Made by a program: the position numbers and the translations under genes. A stretch of DNA of 64,000 nt from Alphaproteobacteria bacterium (lineage in GTDB: Bacteria; Pseudomonadota; Alphaproteobacteria; MPNO01): contig CBDFLJ010000002.1 in the NCBI GenBank assembly GCA_965248835.1, forward strand, positions 960,001 through 1,024,000, read 5' to 3'. The notes beneath the pieces are model-generated. The model saw only the letters and a program-made list of their open reading frames with translations, did no database searches and had not been told where the DNA came from. Positions 1 to 10,066 of this stretch are shown here, one piece after another (position 1 is the first letter of the stretch; each line of letters begins with the position of its first letter).

Positions 1-591
1 GTCGCGGGGTATCTGTGGGCCTGCGGCAACACGTCGATCGCGACGCTCAAGCCCTTCAAGAAGCTCGACGACCTGAAGGGTCGAAAGATCCGAGTCCTCG
101 CGACCCCGCTCGAACGCGCCTTCATCTCGAAACTGGGCGCGACGGGTGTGCCGATTGCATATACCGAGGTGCTTCCGGCGCTGCAGCAGCGGGTGATCGA
201 CGGCGTGCGCAGCGCGGTCATCGTGATGTACCCGTCGAAGTTTCACACGGTCGCCAAGCATATCACGCTCACCGGCATGGCGCAGATCACCTGCGGCCAG
301 TTCCTCAGTAATGTCTGGCTCCGGAAGCTGCCGAGTGATCTGCGTGACATCGTGTTCGAGGCCGGCCGGGGCGTCACGCCGCACGCCGGCAAATGGGGCG
401 TTGATCTGACCAAAAAAGCGGAAGAGAACTGGGCCCGCGATGCCAACGCGTATCGCTTGTCCGAGGAAGACCAGAACAAACTTCGCCGTCTTGCCGCCCC
501 GATTGCCGACGAGATCCTCGCTGACGATCCTAGGACAAAGGGAATGTATGCGCTTCTCAAGGAAGCGGTTGCGGCAACGCGTATGAAGTAG
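1..591 (+). CDS. dctP: TRAP transporter substrate-binding protein, 5'-partial (runs off window)
   Basis: Frame 1 is open from base 1: KKLDDLKGRKIRV...LGATGVPIAYTEVLPALQQRVIDG, typical DctP motifs; stop TAG at 589-591. Confidence 0.9.
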   Translation, partial: VAGYLWACGNTSIATLKPFKKLDDLKGRKIRVLATPLERAFISKLGATGVPIAYTEVLPALQQRVIDGVRSAVIVMYPSKFHTVAKHITLTGMAQITCGQFLSNVWLRKLPSDLRDIVFEAGRGVTPHAGKWGVDLTKKAEENWARDANAYRLSEEDQNKLRRLAAPIADEILADDPRTKGMYALLKEAVAATRMK

Positions 592-607
592 AGAATCATA
601 AGGATAA

Positions 608-638
608 GCGGGCGCCTCGTCTTCTATGGGGCGTCCGC
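608..638 (+). terminator. GC-rich hairpin after dctP, possible terminator or RNA-stabilising stem
   Basis: gcgggcgcctcgt-cttct-atggggcgtccgc pairs with several G-U pairs; no strong U-tract. Confidence 0.4.
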
Positions 639-755
639 ACTCTTGAGGATATGCTTCCCCCTCACGCACTCGCCCATACGCCACCGCATAGGCCGATAGA
701 TAAAATCACCGTCAGATCTCCGGTTCGAAACCCACGTGTGTATCGGGGCCGGTTT

Positions 756-805
756 CCATGCGATCTTGGCCTTCCGCTTCGGTTGGAAGGCGAAAGATCT
801 CGTGG
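756..805 (+). other. Long intergenic hairpin capped by a cUUCGg tetraloop (candidate structured RNA or repeat element)
   Basis: ccatg-c-gatctt-g-gccttcc-gc-TTCG-gt-t-ggaaggc-ga-aagatc-t-cgtgg; about 20 bp paired by hand. Confidence 0.45.
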
Positions 806-982
806 GTGCGCCGAACCGCCGGTCAAACCCGCTCATGCCCAATTGAGCACCGATGCCGCCTCGCAACAGACCATAATTGTTTTCGCGAAGGTGTGACCGC
901 TATCGGCGATCTTGGGCGTGGCGCGCGACTTCACGAAGGATGTATGTTGTGCCGCTTTTGCGTCGATGGAATGCGGCGGAGG

Positions 983-1591
983 TCACTGCAAACGGATCGA
1001 GTCGATCACCCGTTGCACTTCCTGGTGTGAACCGGTCATGTCGTCCTGCCGCGTACTAGCCCCTACGATAAAAAGAAGGTCGCCCTTGAGCACGAACCAC
1101 ATTTGTGATTTGGTCGGAAATTGCCTCCCCTCTTGGGTTTCGAGGGTGTAGTCGATAACGACATAAGCCGCAGGAAACCCCGAGAATTGCATGAGTTCGG
1201 GCCCCTCTACGGCATCCACTTTTCCAATCATTTTCGCAACGACAACAACCATGCTTTTGGCAACGGCCAATAGATTTCCCGGATTTACGCGACCTCCGGG
1301 TCGGGCGGTGATCTTCACAGAGGGATTAAGATCGTCGTATGGCTCGCGGTACTTGGAAATCATGAATATCGGCGCGCTGGAGAGTTTCAGCACGAGAGAT
1401 TGAAACTCTGCATCGGTCATCTTCGTTCGGGCGATATTGCTGCGATGCTGTTTGTCAGTGACAAAAAACCATGTGGCGGGTTTTTGAACCGACAGGCCCA
1501 ATGTTTTGTTTTCATATAATTCTTGTGCAGACGTAATGTTCGCCAATGCACAAGAAAAAATAATTGCCGCTGCCGCTGTAAAGACACGCAT
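983..1591 (-). CDS. Secreted hypothetical protein, possibly PsbP/Mog1p-like fold
   Basis: MRVFTAAAAIIFSCALANITSA signal peptide; ENKTLGLSVQKPATW start and VQRVIDSIRLQ end resemble PsbP-like proteins; AT-richer than flanks. Confidence 0.65.
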   Translation of the reverse strand: MRVFTAAAAIIFSCALANITSAQELYENKTLGLSVQKPATWFFVTDKQHRSNIARTKMTDAEFQSLVLKLSSAPIFMISKYREPYDDLNPSVKITARPGGRVNPGNLLAVAKSMVVVVAKMIGKVDAVEGPELMQFSGFPAAYVVIDYTLETQEGRQFPTKSQMWFVLKGDLLFIVGASTRQDDMTGSHQEVQRVIDSIRLQ

Positions 1592-1859
1592 TGCATGCTC
1601 CCCATGGCTACGCCATCGAATATGCAAAATTACAGTCAAACCGGGATCTCCCACGTGGAGCCCGCCCGGCCGTCGAGTGTGACTCGGACCGGCTCGACGC
1701 GCAAGCCAATCGGCGCCCGGCGAGCAACTGTGAGCTGACCGGATCGAAAGAACGCCAATATAGGGCGGCGACCGCAGGAAACGGCCCGCTCGTCCACGAT
1801 CTGGGTGCATTGATCCTGTCGTCGGCGTTGAGCAACGGTTTGCCGTCGGTCATGCCGGG

Positions 1860-2245
1860 GCCGGCGGCGGCCTGAGCCGGTCGATGCGGCGCAGGATGTC
1901 GGCCAACAGGTCTTTCGGAACGGCCACTTCGGCCATCAGGAAGACGATGTAGCGCCCATGGCGGACGATCTTCGCGCCGATCTTAACGCGCTTCTCGCGC
2001 AGCGTTTTCAACGACTACTGCTCGACGGCCTCCGGCAAGGCGAGCGTCTTCATGAAGTTTCCGAGGTTGTAGGCCAGAGCGTGGCGCTGAATCCGGACGG
2101 CGTTGTGGCGGAACCTGTGGCATGACACGCGCGTCCACCGGATCGCGTTCTTGCCTTCCTTGATCCATTGTTCGGCCGTTCGACCTTGGCGATGACGGGC
2201 CGGGGCCTGTTCCAGATTCCCGCCCGGTAGCTGAAGCTGCCGTAG
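1860..2245 (-). mobile_element. IS1380-family transposase remnant (C-terminal part, with stop, frameshifts and internal deletion)
   Basis: Fragments SFSYRAGIWNRPR-VIAKVE, AEQWIKEGKNAIRWTR, ALAYNLGNFMKTLALP, KIGAKIVRHGRYIVFLMAEVAVP. Confidence 0.85.
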
Positions 2246-2251
2246 TCCGCC

Positions 2252-2584
2252 TTACGCCACGGCCCTTTGCGGACACGCATCCGCGTTCATCAACACGTCG
2301 ATCCGGTCGGCGACGCGCTGCGCGGGCTCGCGAAGCTGCTCCACCGTCCAGTCGGCGGAATAGCCTTCGGTCACATCGCCAGGCCGGGCGTGGTTGACCA
2401 GCCGCTTGGTCAGCGGGCGCGGCAGCACCAGGTCGCGCTCGGCTACCGTAATGAAGCAATTGCGCAGCCCGTGGAACCAGAACTTCGCGCCCCCGGCTCT
2501 TGTGATCCGTGGATGGAGATGCTGAAGCTCTTCGACATGGCCCGAGCCTCCGAGCGGCGAGGCGATCCTGCCGGTGGAAGCCAT
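2252..2584 (-). pseudogene. Tyrosine recombinase/integrase C-terminal fragment
   Basis: FHGLRNCF (HxLR), RLVNHA and VTEGY (catalytic Tyr); the N-terminal domains are absent. Confidence 0.8.
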
Positions 2585-2653
2585 AGTCGGCGGCGACGCC
2601 GATCAAATCGCGGTCACGAGCGAATGTCGGTCTCGACTATTACGAGCCCAGGC

Positions 2654-3037
2654 CTAAATCTGCCTTACGATCCGGCGTTCGGCGCGGTCGCGCCGGTCGT
2701 CGTAAAACGGTGCGTTGGAGTCGCGTTTCTCGCTGAACAGCACGCGCTGGGGGCTGAAACCGTACACCGTGAATGCGCGGTTGAATACCGAGGCGCGTAG
2801 GGTTGGTCTGCGGTCGCGGCGCGACGCGCCATCGGGCGTGAACGGGAACCACCCGCCTTCATATTTCGTCCAATACAGATCGCCGCCAATGCCGGCGTGA
2901 GGCTCAGCGAGAGCGTGAAGTGGGGTCGGTTCAGGCCGTCTTTCCGCCGGGATTCGCGCCGATGTCCCGGCGCCCGCCGCCGTCCTGTCAGGCGCCGCGT
3001 GAACCGGTGCGCTGATCGAAGCGGGCGCCGAATTCAC
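2654..3037 (-). CDS. Hypothetical protein, last gene of the Mo-hydroxylase operon
   Basis: GTG start 1 nt after the stop of the Mo subunit gene; aromatic-rich C-terminal half (LYWTKYEGGWFPF); no family recognised. Confidence 0.4.
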   Translation of the reverse strand: MNSAPASISAPVHAAPDRTAAGAGTSARIPAERRPEPTPLHALAEPHAGIGGDLYWTKYEGGWFPFTPDGASRRDRRPTLRASVFNRAFTVYGFSPQRVLFSEKRDSNAPFYDDRRDRAERRIVRQI

Positions 3038-3038
3038 C

Positions 3039-5348
3039 TCAGCCTTCGGTGTCGGCTGCGATCAGCGCATCGAGCACGCGTTCGGGCGTCATCGGCAGGG
3101 TGCGCAGCCGGATACCGGCGGCGTTGGCGATCGCGTTGGCGATCGCGGGTGCGGCGCCGATCAGCGGCGGCTCGCCGACGCCCTTGGCGCCGAACGGCCC
3201 CGTCGGTTCGGGGTCCTCGACGATGATGGTGTGGATCTCGGCCGGCGCCTCGTGGACGCCGGGCACCTTGTAGTCCATCAGGCTCGGGTTGGCGAGCCGG
3301 TCGTCGTCCCAGACCATCTCCTCGCTGAGCGCATAGCCCAGCCCCTGGACGAACCCGCCCTCGATCTGCCCCTCGATCATCGCCGGGTTGATCGCCCTGC
3401 CGACATCGTGGGCCGACCATGCGCGCAGCACCCGGACCTGTCCGGTGACCTCGTCGATCTCGACCTCGGCGGCCTGGGCGCCGAAGGTGTAGACCCCGAG
3501 GTTGGAGAAGGCGAGGCCGTCGACCACCGCGCGTTTGGGATCCATCCGCTCGCCGTCGAACATCAGCGACTCGGCGCCGGTGATCGGCCCGCCGGCGAGG
3601 TAATGGCTGCGCCCGGCAATCGCGGCAAACGGCAGTTCCCTGCCGGGCACGCCCTTCAGCCGGACCGCGCCGCCCGGGGCGAGCTCCAGGTCGACGGCGG
3701 CGCATTCCATCATCTCGGCCGCGGCCGAGATGATCTTGTCCTTGACCTGGTTGGTCGCCGACAACACCGCCCTGCCGGCCATGTAGGTCACCCGGCTGGC
3801 CGCGGTCTTCCAGTTGTAGGGCGATGAGTCGGTGTCGGGGCTGGCAAACGAGACCTGCTCGATCGGCAGCTTCAGCGCCTCGGCGCAGATCTGGGCGAGG
3901 ACGGTGTCCGAGCCCTGGCCGATGTCGACGACCCCGGTGTTGACCGCGACCGAGCCGTCGGTCCGAAGCTCGACGTTGGCGCCGGTCGCGAGCAGCCCGC
4001 AGGGATGGGCAAAGGCGGCATAGCCCACGCCGCGGCACTTGCCCGCCGCGGGCTCGGCCCCGGCCTCGCCGACCGCATCGCCCAGCTTCTCCAGGCATTC
4101 GACCATCGCGCACGACGGCACGGTCTGGCCGCCGGCGAAGGTGTCGCCCGGCCGCATGGCGTTCTTGCGCCGCAGTTCAAGCGGGTCCATGCCGAGCTTG
4201 GCCGCGAGCTCGTCGAGCTGGCTTTCGCCAGCGAAGCTGATCTGCGGGTTGCCGAAACCGCGGAACGCGCCGGCGCGCAGCTTGTTGGTATAGACGCCCT
4301 CGGCGCGGCCCTTGAGATTGGGAATCCTGTACGGGCCGCGGCCGAATAGGGCGCAGATCGAGATCACGGCCGGGCTGTCATCGGCATAGGCGCCGCAATC
4401 CAGGACCGCTTCGTAGGCACGCGCGATGAGCGTTCCGTCCTTGCTGGCGCCGGTCTTCATGCGGATGCGCGCGGGATGGCGCGACCGCATATATTCGAAA
4501 TCCTCGGTGCGGCTGAGCACGATCTTGACCGGTTTTCCGGTCTTGAGCGCCAGCGCCGCGGCCAGCGGCTGGACGGTCGGGCTTCCCTTGCCGCCGAACC
4601 CCCCGCCGATGCGCGGCACCACGGCGCGGACCTTGGCCATCGGCACGCCGATCCATTCGGCGATGCGCTGCTGGGTGAGGTGGACCGACTGGCAGGCCGA
4701 CCACACCGTCACCCGGCCGCTGCGGTCCGGCTCGGCCAGCGCGCCGCACGGCTCCATATACATGTGATGCTGCGCCTGGGTCTGATAGACGCCCTCGACG
4801 ATTACCGCGCAGTCTGCCCAGGCGGCATCGGCATCGCCCTCGGCGATGTCGGCGCGCCAGAAGCGGTTGCCCTGCGCCGGACTGTCGACGGTCTTGAAAT
4901 ACTGGGCGAAGTCCTCATGCAGGATCGGCGCGCCGTCGGCCAGAGCCTGGTCGATGTCGAGGGCCGCCGGCAGCACTTCGTACGCCACCTCGATCAGGCG
5001 GACCGCCCGGCGCGCGGTCTCGATGTCGGAGGCCGCGACCGCGGCCACCGCCTCGCCGACATAGCGCACCTTGTCCTTGGCCAGCATGACCTCGTCCTTG
5101 ATGAACGAGCCGGTGCGCTTGAGCGGATAGTCCGCGCCGGTCAGCACCGCCTTGACGCCGGGAAGCGCCAGCGCCGCCGCGATGTCGTAGGAAAGGATCC
5201 GTGCATGCGCATGGGGGCTCGCCAGGACCGCGCCGTGGAGCATGCCGGGCCGCTGGAGGTCGTCGACGAACAGCGCCTCGCCGCGCGCCTTCTCCTCGCC
5301 GTCGCCGCGCGGGATGCTGCGCCCGACGGCCTGGACGGTCTCGTTCAT
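3039..5348 (-). CDS. Xanthine dehydrogenase family molybdopterin-binding large subunit (nicotinate dehydrogenase/HcrA-like branch)
   Basis: Start MNETVQAVGRSIPRGDG; [45 protein letters not shown]. Confidence 0.93.
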   Translation of the reverse strand: MNETVQAVGRSIPRGDGEEKARGEALFVDDLQRPGMLHGAVLASPHAHARILSYDIAAALALPGVKAVLTGADYPLKRTGSFIKDEVMLAKDKVRYVGEAVAAVAASDIETARRAVRLIEVAYEVLPAALDIDQALADGAPILHEDFAQYFKTVDSPAQGNRFWRADIAEGDADAAWADCAVIVEGVYQTQAQHHMYMEPCGALAEPDRSGRVTVWSACQSVHLTQQRIAEWIGVPMAKVRAVVPRIGGGFGGKGSPTVQPLAAALALKTGKPVKIVLSRTEDFEYMRSRHPARIRMKTGASKDGTLIARAYEAVLDCGAYADDSPAVISICALFGRGPYRIPNLKGRAEGVYTNKLRAGAFRGFGNPQISFAGESQLDELAAKLGMDPLELRRKNAMRPGDTFAGGQTVPSCAMVECLEKLGDAVGEAGAEPAAGKCRGVGYAAFAHPCGLLATGANVELRTDGSVAVNTGVVDIGQGSDTVLAQICAEALKLPIEQVSFASPDTDSSPYNWKTAASRVTYMAGRAVLSATNQVKDKIISAAAEMMECAAVDLELAPGGAVRLKGVPGRELPFAAIAGRSHYLAGGPITGAESLMFDGERMDPKRAVVDGLAFSNLGVYTFGAQAAEVEIDEVTGQVRVLRAWSAHDVGRAINPAMIEGQIEGGFVQGLGYALSEEMVWDDDRLANPSLMDYKVPGVHEAPAEIHTIIVEDPEPTGPFGAKGVGEPPLIGAAPAIANAIANAAGIRLRTLPMTPERVLDALIAADTEG

Positions 5349-5824
5349 GGTACGCTTCCCGCGGTGACGGCCGAGACGGCTTCGACGATCTTCGCATAGC
5401 CGGTGCAGCGGCACAGGTTGCCCGAAATCGCGTCGCGGATCTGATTGCGGCTCGGCCGCGCGTTCGATGCCAGCAGAGGGGTCAGCGCGACGATCATGCC
5501 CGGCGTGCAGAACCCGCATTGCAGCGCCGCACCGTCGACGAAGGCCTGCTGCAGCGGCGTCAGCGGCCCGTCGCCGGCCAGGCCTTCGACGGTGGTAATC
5601 GCGAGGTCGGTGGAATTCGCCCCGATCGCCAGGCACGCCCGGATCGGCTTGCCGTCGGCCAGCACCGTGCAGGCCCCGCACACACCCTGGTCGCAGCCCC
5701 GCTTGGCCCCGGTGAGCCCCATCGCGCCGCGCAGGATGTCGAGCAGCGTATCGCCGGGCCCGGCAAGGGCCGCGCGGTCCTCGCCGTTGATCCGAAGCCG
5801 AAGGGCGATCCTGTCCTGGTTCAT
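5345..5824 (-). CDS. 2x[2Fe-2S] small subunit (CoxS/XdhC-type iron-sulfur protein)
   Basis: [29 protein letters not shown]; 4-nt overlaps with both neighbours. Confidence 0.95.
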   Translation of the reverse strand: MNQDRIALRLRINGEDRAALAGPGDTLLDILRGAMGLTGAKRGCDQGVCGACTVLADGKPIRACLAIGANSTDLAITTVEGLAGDGPLTPLQQAFVDGAALQCGFCTPGMIVALTPLLASNARPSRNQIRDAISGNLCRCTGYAKIVEAVSAVTAGSVP

Positions 5825-6699
5825 CGGCCGCGCCCCTCATGCAGCGATGCCAGCGCGCGCCGCAGCAAACGCGGGACGAGCCTGAGCCGGTAGGCAGCGC
5901 TCGCCCGCGTGTCGTCGAGGGGGTCGCACGCCGCCGCCAGTATTTCGCCCGCCGCGTCCGCGTCCGCGGCGCCGAGCCCGGTTCCGACCAGCATGTCCTC
6001 GGCCGCCGGCACACGCACCGGGACCGGCCCGGCGCTGCCGAGCGCCAGCCGGATCGATCTACATGCCGCGCCGTCGAACGCGGCGATCAGGGCGAGCGAC
6101 ACAACGGCGTAGTCGCCGTCGACGCGCGCGACCTTGTCGTAGACCGCCACCGCGTCGTCATCGCCCGGCGGCACATGCACCGCGGTGACGATCTCGCCCG
6201 GCATCAGTGCCGATTCCAAGTAATCGACGAAGAACCCATCGCTTTCGATCTGCCGCGTCCCGGCCGGGCCGGAGACCTCGACAACGGCATTCGCCGCGAC
6301 CAGGGCGGCCGGATAGTCGGCCGCCGGATCGGCATGGGAGATCGCGCCGCCGATGGTGCCCATGTTGCGGATCGCCGGATGGGCAATTGCCCCAGCGGCC
6401 TTGGCGAGAATCGCCTGGCCGGGCCGCATGCCAGCGAAGCCGGCCACCGCGCTGTGGGTCGCCATCGCCCCGATGACCAGCGTGCCATCGGCGCGCAGCG
6501 CGATGCGGTCCAGGCCGGGCAGCTTCTTGAGGCTCACCAATGACGACGGCTCGATCAACCCGGCGTTCATCATCGCAACCAGGGTCTGGCCGCCTGCCAG
6601 GCATCGCGCGCCGTCCTCGGACAGCAGCGCGTGCGCCTCGGCAAGCGTCTCAGGCTGGTGGAACCGCAAGCCCAACTCCGGTAATCCGGTCGTCATCAA
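5821..6699 (-). CDS. FAD-binding medium subunit (CoxM-like)
   Basis: LAGGQTL, IRNMGTIGGAISHADPAAD, DDTRASAAYR. Confidence 0.93.
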   Translation of the reverse strand: MMTTGLPELGLRFHQPETLAEAHALLSEDGARCLAGGQTLVAMMNAGLIEPSSLVSLKKLPGLDRIALRADGTLVIGAMATHSAVAGFAGMRPGQAILAKAAGAIAHPAIRNMGTIGGAISHADPAADYPAALVAANAVVEVSGPAGTRQIESDGFFVDYLESALMPGEIVTAVHVPPGDDDAVAVYDKVARVDGDYAVVSLALIAAFDGAACRSIRLALGSAGPVPVRVPAAEDMLVGTGLGAADADAAGEILAAACDPLDDTRASAAYRLRLVPRLLRRALASLHEGRGR

Positions 6700-6720
6700 C
6701 CCGCACCGTGCGGCGGGTCG

Positions 6721-7116
6721 TCACGCAAGCTTGCTTGGCCGGAAGCCGGCCGGCGCCGACAGGATCAGGTGCTCGACCAGGTTCGGGTGGCGCACCGCGA
6801 GCCAGGCGCCGAGCCACCCGCCGAGCGAGCTGCCGACGACATCGGCCGCCCGTCCCGGCAGATCTTCGATGAAACGCGCCGTGAGATCGGCCAGCGCCGG
6901 CATCGAGTCGACGCCGTCCAGGACCGGCGTGCCGTCGAACCCGGGCACGATCGGCGCCCAGACCCGGAAACGCCGGGCCAACCGGCGCAGCGGCGCGGAG
7001 ACCCGCATACCGGCAGCGGGATGCAAATAGACCACGTCATGACCCGTGCCGGCCACGAAATACTCAACCCGTCCGGCCGGCAGGTCGATCGCATCGCGCA
7101 TGAACTCGGATGTCAT
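6721..7116 (-). pseudogene. Alpha/beta hydrolase, C-terminally truncated (131 aa)
   Basis: YLHPAAG, PGFDG and VVGSSLGG nucleophile elbow; ends right after ILSAPAG with no Asp/His half in any frame before the next gene. Confidence 0.8.
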
Positions 7117-7161
7117 CGTTGTCCTTTCGTGCGGCCCGGGAGAAGCGTGCGCGGCGCGATC

Positions 7162-8169
7162 TTAGCGCGCCGCGGCGGCGATCCCCAGCACCGGGGGCAG
7201 TCCCGACGCGATGCGGACAAAGCCTTCGCCGCCGTCCGCGCTCGCCCAGATGTCGCCGTCATGCAGGCCGACATAGATCGCCTCGGGATCGTCGCGGTCC
7301 CCGGCGACGGCGCGCGGTGCCGCCTCGAGGCGGTCGGGCAGCCCGCCGGTGAGCCGGTGCCATGATCTGCCGGCGTCCTCGCTGCGGTAGAACGCGGCCC
7401 CAGGTCCGCCCGCGCGCGACCAATGCGGCGGCGGCACCTCGGCCCCGGCGGTGTAGAGAACGGCCGGCCGGTCCGGGTGGACCGCGACATGAGTCAGGTA
7501 GCGGTTGGCGATGCCCGCATTGACGTCGGCGAAGCTCTCGCCGCCGTCCTCGCTGCGGAACAGGCCGTCGCCCGAGGTCGTGACGACCGCCATCGGGTTA
7601 TCCGGCAGCACGGTGACGGTGTGGGAGTCGAAGTCGGTGCCGTCCTTGAGGTTGTCCCAGCTCGCCCCGCCGTCGGTCGAGCGTATGAGCCAGCCCTCTT
7701 CGACCGCGCCGAAGATGACGTCCGGGTCGGACCGGCACAGCCCGAGCCCCCGGACATGAGGCACATAGGGCGGGCCGGGGAAGGTCCAGTCCTTACGGGT
7801 CGGCAGCTTGCGCAGTGTCTCGAGCTCCGTCCAGTGGTCCCCGCGGTCGTCCGACCTGAAAATGCAGGCCGGCTCGGTCCCGACATAAAGCGCGCCGGTC
7901 AGCGGATGCTGGGCGAGCGAGTAGGCGTGCTTGTAGACCAGGCCTTCGTTCTTCTCCGCCCAGCTGCGCCCGCCGTCTTCGCTGCGCCAGACCCCGCCGC
8001 GCTCGGTCGCTGCCCACACGCGCGCCGGATCGTCGCAATCGGCCAGGATCCAGCGGACACCGCCCTTGTCCTCGAGGCCGAGGGCGTGCGCCTCGCTCGC
8101 CGCCCCGTTCGATTGTGTGAGAAAAACGCCCCGACCGGTCGCGACATAGAGGCTCGTCCCGCCACCCAT
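7162..8169 (-). CDS. BNR/Asp-box repeat beta-propeller protein (sialidase/Ycf48-like)
   Basis: Repeated SxDxGxSW motifs (RSEDGGRSW, RSDDRGDHW, RSTDGGASW, RSEDGGESF, RSEDAGRSW); no signal peptide. Confidence 0.88.
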   Translation of the reverse strand: MGGGTSLYVATGRGVFLTQSNGAASEAHALGLEDKGGVRWILADCDDPARVWAATERGGVWRSEDGGRSWAEKNEGLVYKHAYSLAQHPLTGALYVGTEPACIFRSDDRGDHWTELETLRKLPTRKDWTFPGPPYVPHVRGLGLCRSDPDVIFGAVEEGWLIRSTDGGASWDNLKDGTDFDSHTVTVLPDNPMAVVTTSGDGLFRSEDGGESFADVNAGIANRYLTHVAVHPDRPAVLYTAGAEVPPPHWSRAGGPGAAFYRSEDAGRSWHRLTGGLPDRLEAAPRAVAGDRDDPEAIYVGLHDGDIWASADGGEGFVRIASGLPPVLGIAAAAR

Positions 8170-8287
8170 GATGCCGTCTCCTTGCCTCGCATGCGGTGTC
8201 TGAACGTATCACAGCGCCCCGCGCCCCGCCGCGTCAACCCGCCTTGGTGGTCGTTCCACCGCGAATTTCGTCGGCATATGATGCCGC

Positions 8288-9072
8288 ATGAGCCTCGCGC
8301 ATCGCGTTCGCAGCGTGCGCCTCGTCGGCAGCATCCCGCTGGAGAGCGCAGATGCGGTGTTCGATTTGGTGGGTTCCCGCCTCGGCGGGCTATGCGCCAG
8401 GATCCCCGACGGCGAGACCGGGGTTCGCCGCAACTGGATCGGCTGGCAGCTCGGCGTCTTTGCCCGGCAGGAGGCGCTGGAGCAGTCCGGAGAACGCGAA
8501 CGAGCCTACCAGCTCCATCCGCCGTTCGTGTTCAAGCCGGGTTTCGAAGCCGGCGATCTCGACTTCGGCGCGCTCGGCTTCAGCCGCGAGGCGATGCGGT
8601 CCTATGCCGTCTTCGCCGCCAGACAGCGGCGCGGAATCTTGCCGCCGGGCGCGCGGTTCCTGGTCGCTATCCCGACGCCTTTCGCTCCGGTCTATTCCTT
8701 CACCGGATACGCCATCCAGGAAGCGGTCTATCCGGTCTACGAAAGCGCGGTCCTCGCCGAGCTCGACCGAATCTGCGAGGCCATACCGCAGGAACGGCTC
8801 GCCATCCAATGGGATGTCGCGACCGAGATGAGCATCTTCGAAAACGTCTACAACGTGCCCTTCGAGGGCGCGTGGGACATCCTTATCGACCGGCTGGCCG
8901 CACTCGGAGACCGCGTGCCGGCGGGCGTGGAGATGGGGTACCACTTGTGCTACGGCAGCATGAACAACCGTCATTGGAAGGAGCCCGAGGATCTCCGGAT
9001 GTGCGTCACCGTCGCGAACGCGGTTGCCGCACGGCTTGCCCGGCCGATCCAGTTCCTGCACATGCCGGTGCC
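8288..9072 (+). pseudogene. UROD/MetE-like (cobalamin-independent methionine synthase fold) protein truncated by deletion
   Basis: LVGSIPL, RIPDGETG, LAIQWDV, GYHLCYG (HxC Zn ligands); homology ends at FLHMPVP, so the distal Cys-containing region is missing. Confidence 0.75.
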
Positions 9073-10050
9073 GGCGACGTCACCTTCGAGCCCGTCGGGC
9101 TCAGGCGGCTCGGCCAAGACATCGTCGTCTGGCGCAACGGCGAGGGCAAGGTCAACGTGATCGCCGACCGCTGCCCGCACCGCGGCGCGCGCCTGTCGAA
9201 GGGTCGCGTCCTAGGCGGCGACATCGCTTGCCTCTATCACGGGCTCAGGCTGGACGGGAACGGCGTGATCACCGCGACCCCGCCGACCCCCGATTGCCCG
9301 TTCGTGGGCCGCAAGGCCGTGCGCAGCTATCCCTGCCGCGAGCTCCAGGGCGCGGTTTGGGCCTATTTCGGCGATCAAGATGACAAGGATCCGCCGGAGA
9401 TGATCCTGCCCGAGGAGTTCGCCTCAGAGGAATGGTCGTCCTTCCTTTTCAGCCAGGTCTGGGACTGCCCCTACCAGGCGGTGCTCGACAACCGGCTGGA
9501 TCCGATGCACGGCTCGTATCTGCATTCGGACAGCTACACCCTGGCTTACGGCAACAAGCAGGACCGGTTGCAGATCGCGCACACCGACAAGGGCTTCGTC
9601 GTCCGACGCGAGAACCAGATCGGCGTCAACATCGATCGGACCGAGCTGTTCCACCATCCGGACAACAACATCTGGATCCAGACCGAGATCCCGTATCCGG
9701 CCTCGGGCGGCGGCGGGTTTTTCCGGATCGGCGGGTTCGTGACGCCGATCGACCGGAAATCCTGCCTGTTCTGGGTGTTCCGCTCGCAGCGCTCGTCGGG
9801 CTGGCGCCGCGACCTGTGGCGGTTCCTCTACCGCAACCGGCTGGAACGGCGGCATCTCGACGTGCTCGACCAGGACCGCGAAATGCTGGAATCGATCCAC
9901 GACGACGCGCGCAACGACGAGTGGCTGCTCCAGACCGATGTCGGCATCACGCGCATGCGCCGCATCCTGCGACAGGTGGCCGAAAGCCAGTGCGCCGCCG
10001 CTGCCGCCGAAGCCGAAGCCGGTGGTCGAAGGATTCGCGGCTCGGGATGA
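9073..10050 (+). pseudogene. Rieske non-heme iron oxygenase alpha subunit lacking its N-terminus and start codon
   Basis: DRCPHRGARLS...IACLYHG Rieske motif and DNRLDPMHGSYLH Fe site; begins abruptly at GDVTFEPVG with no start codon before the Rieske domain. Confidence 0.8.
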
Positions 10051-10066
10051 GTGGGGAACCGCCGCG

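Noticed and set aside
3039-6014. 991-aa extended Mo subunit
   Set aside because: The extension overlaps the FeS and FAD subunit genes in other frames; the family-typical start is at 5348
7423-10050. 875-aa ORF as a novel Rieske fusion protein
   Set aside because: The first ~550 aa overlap the BNR gene antisense and the MetE-like gene out of frame; only the part after ~9073 is Rieske
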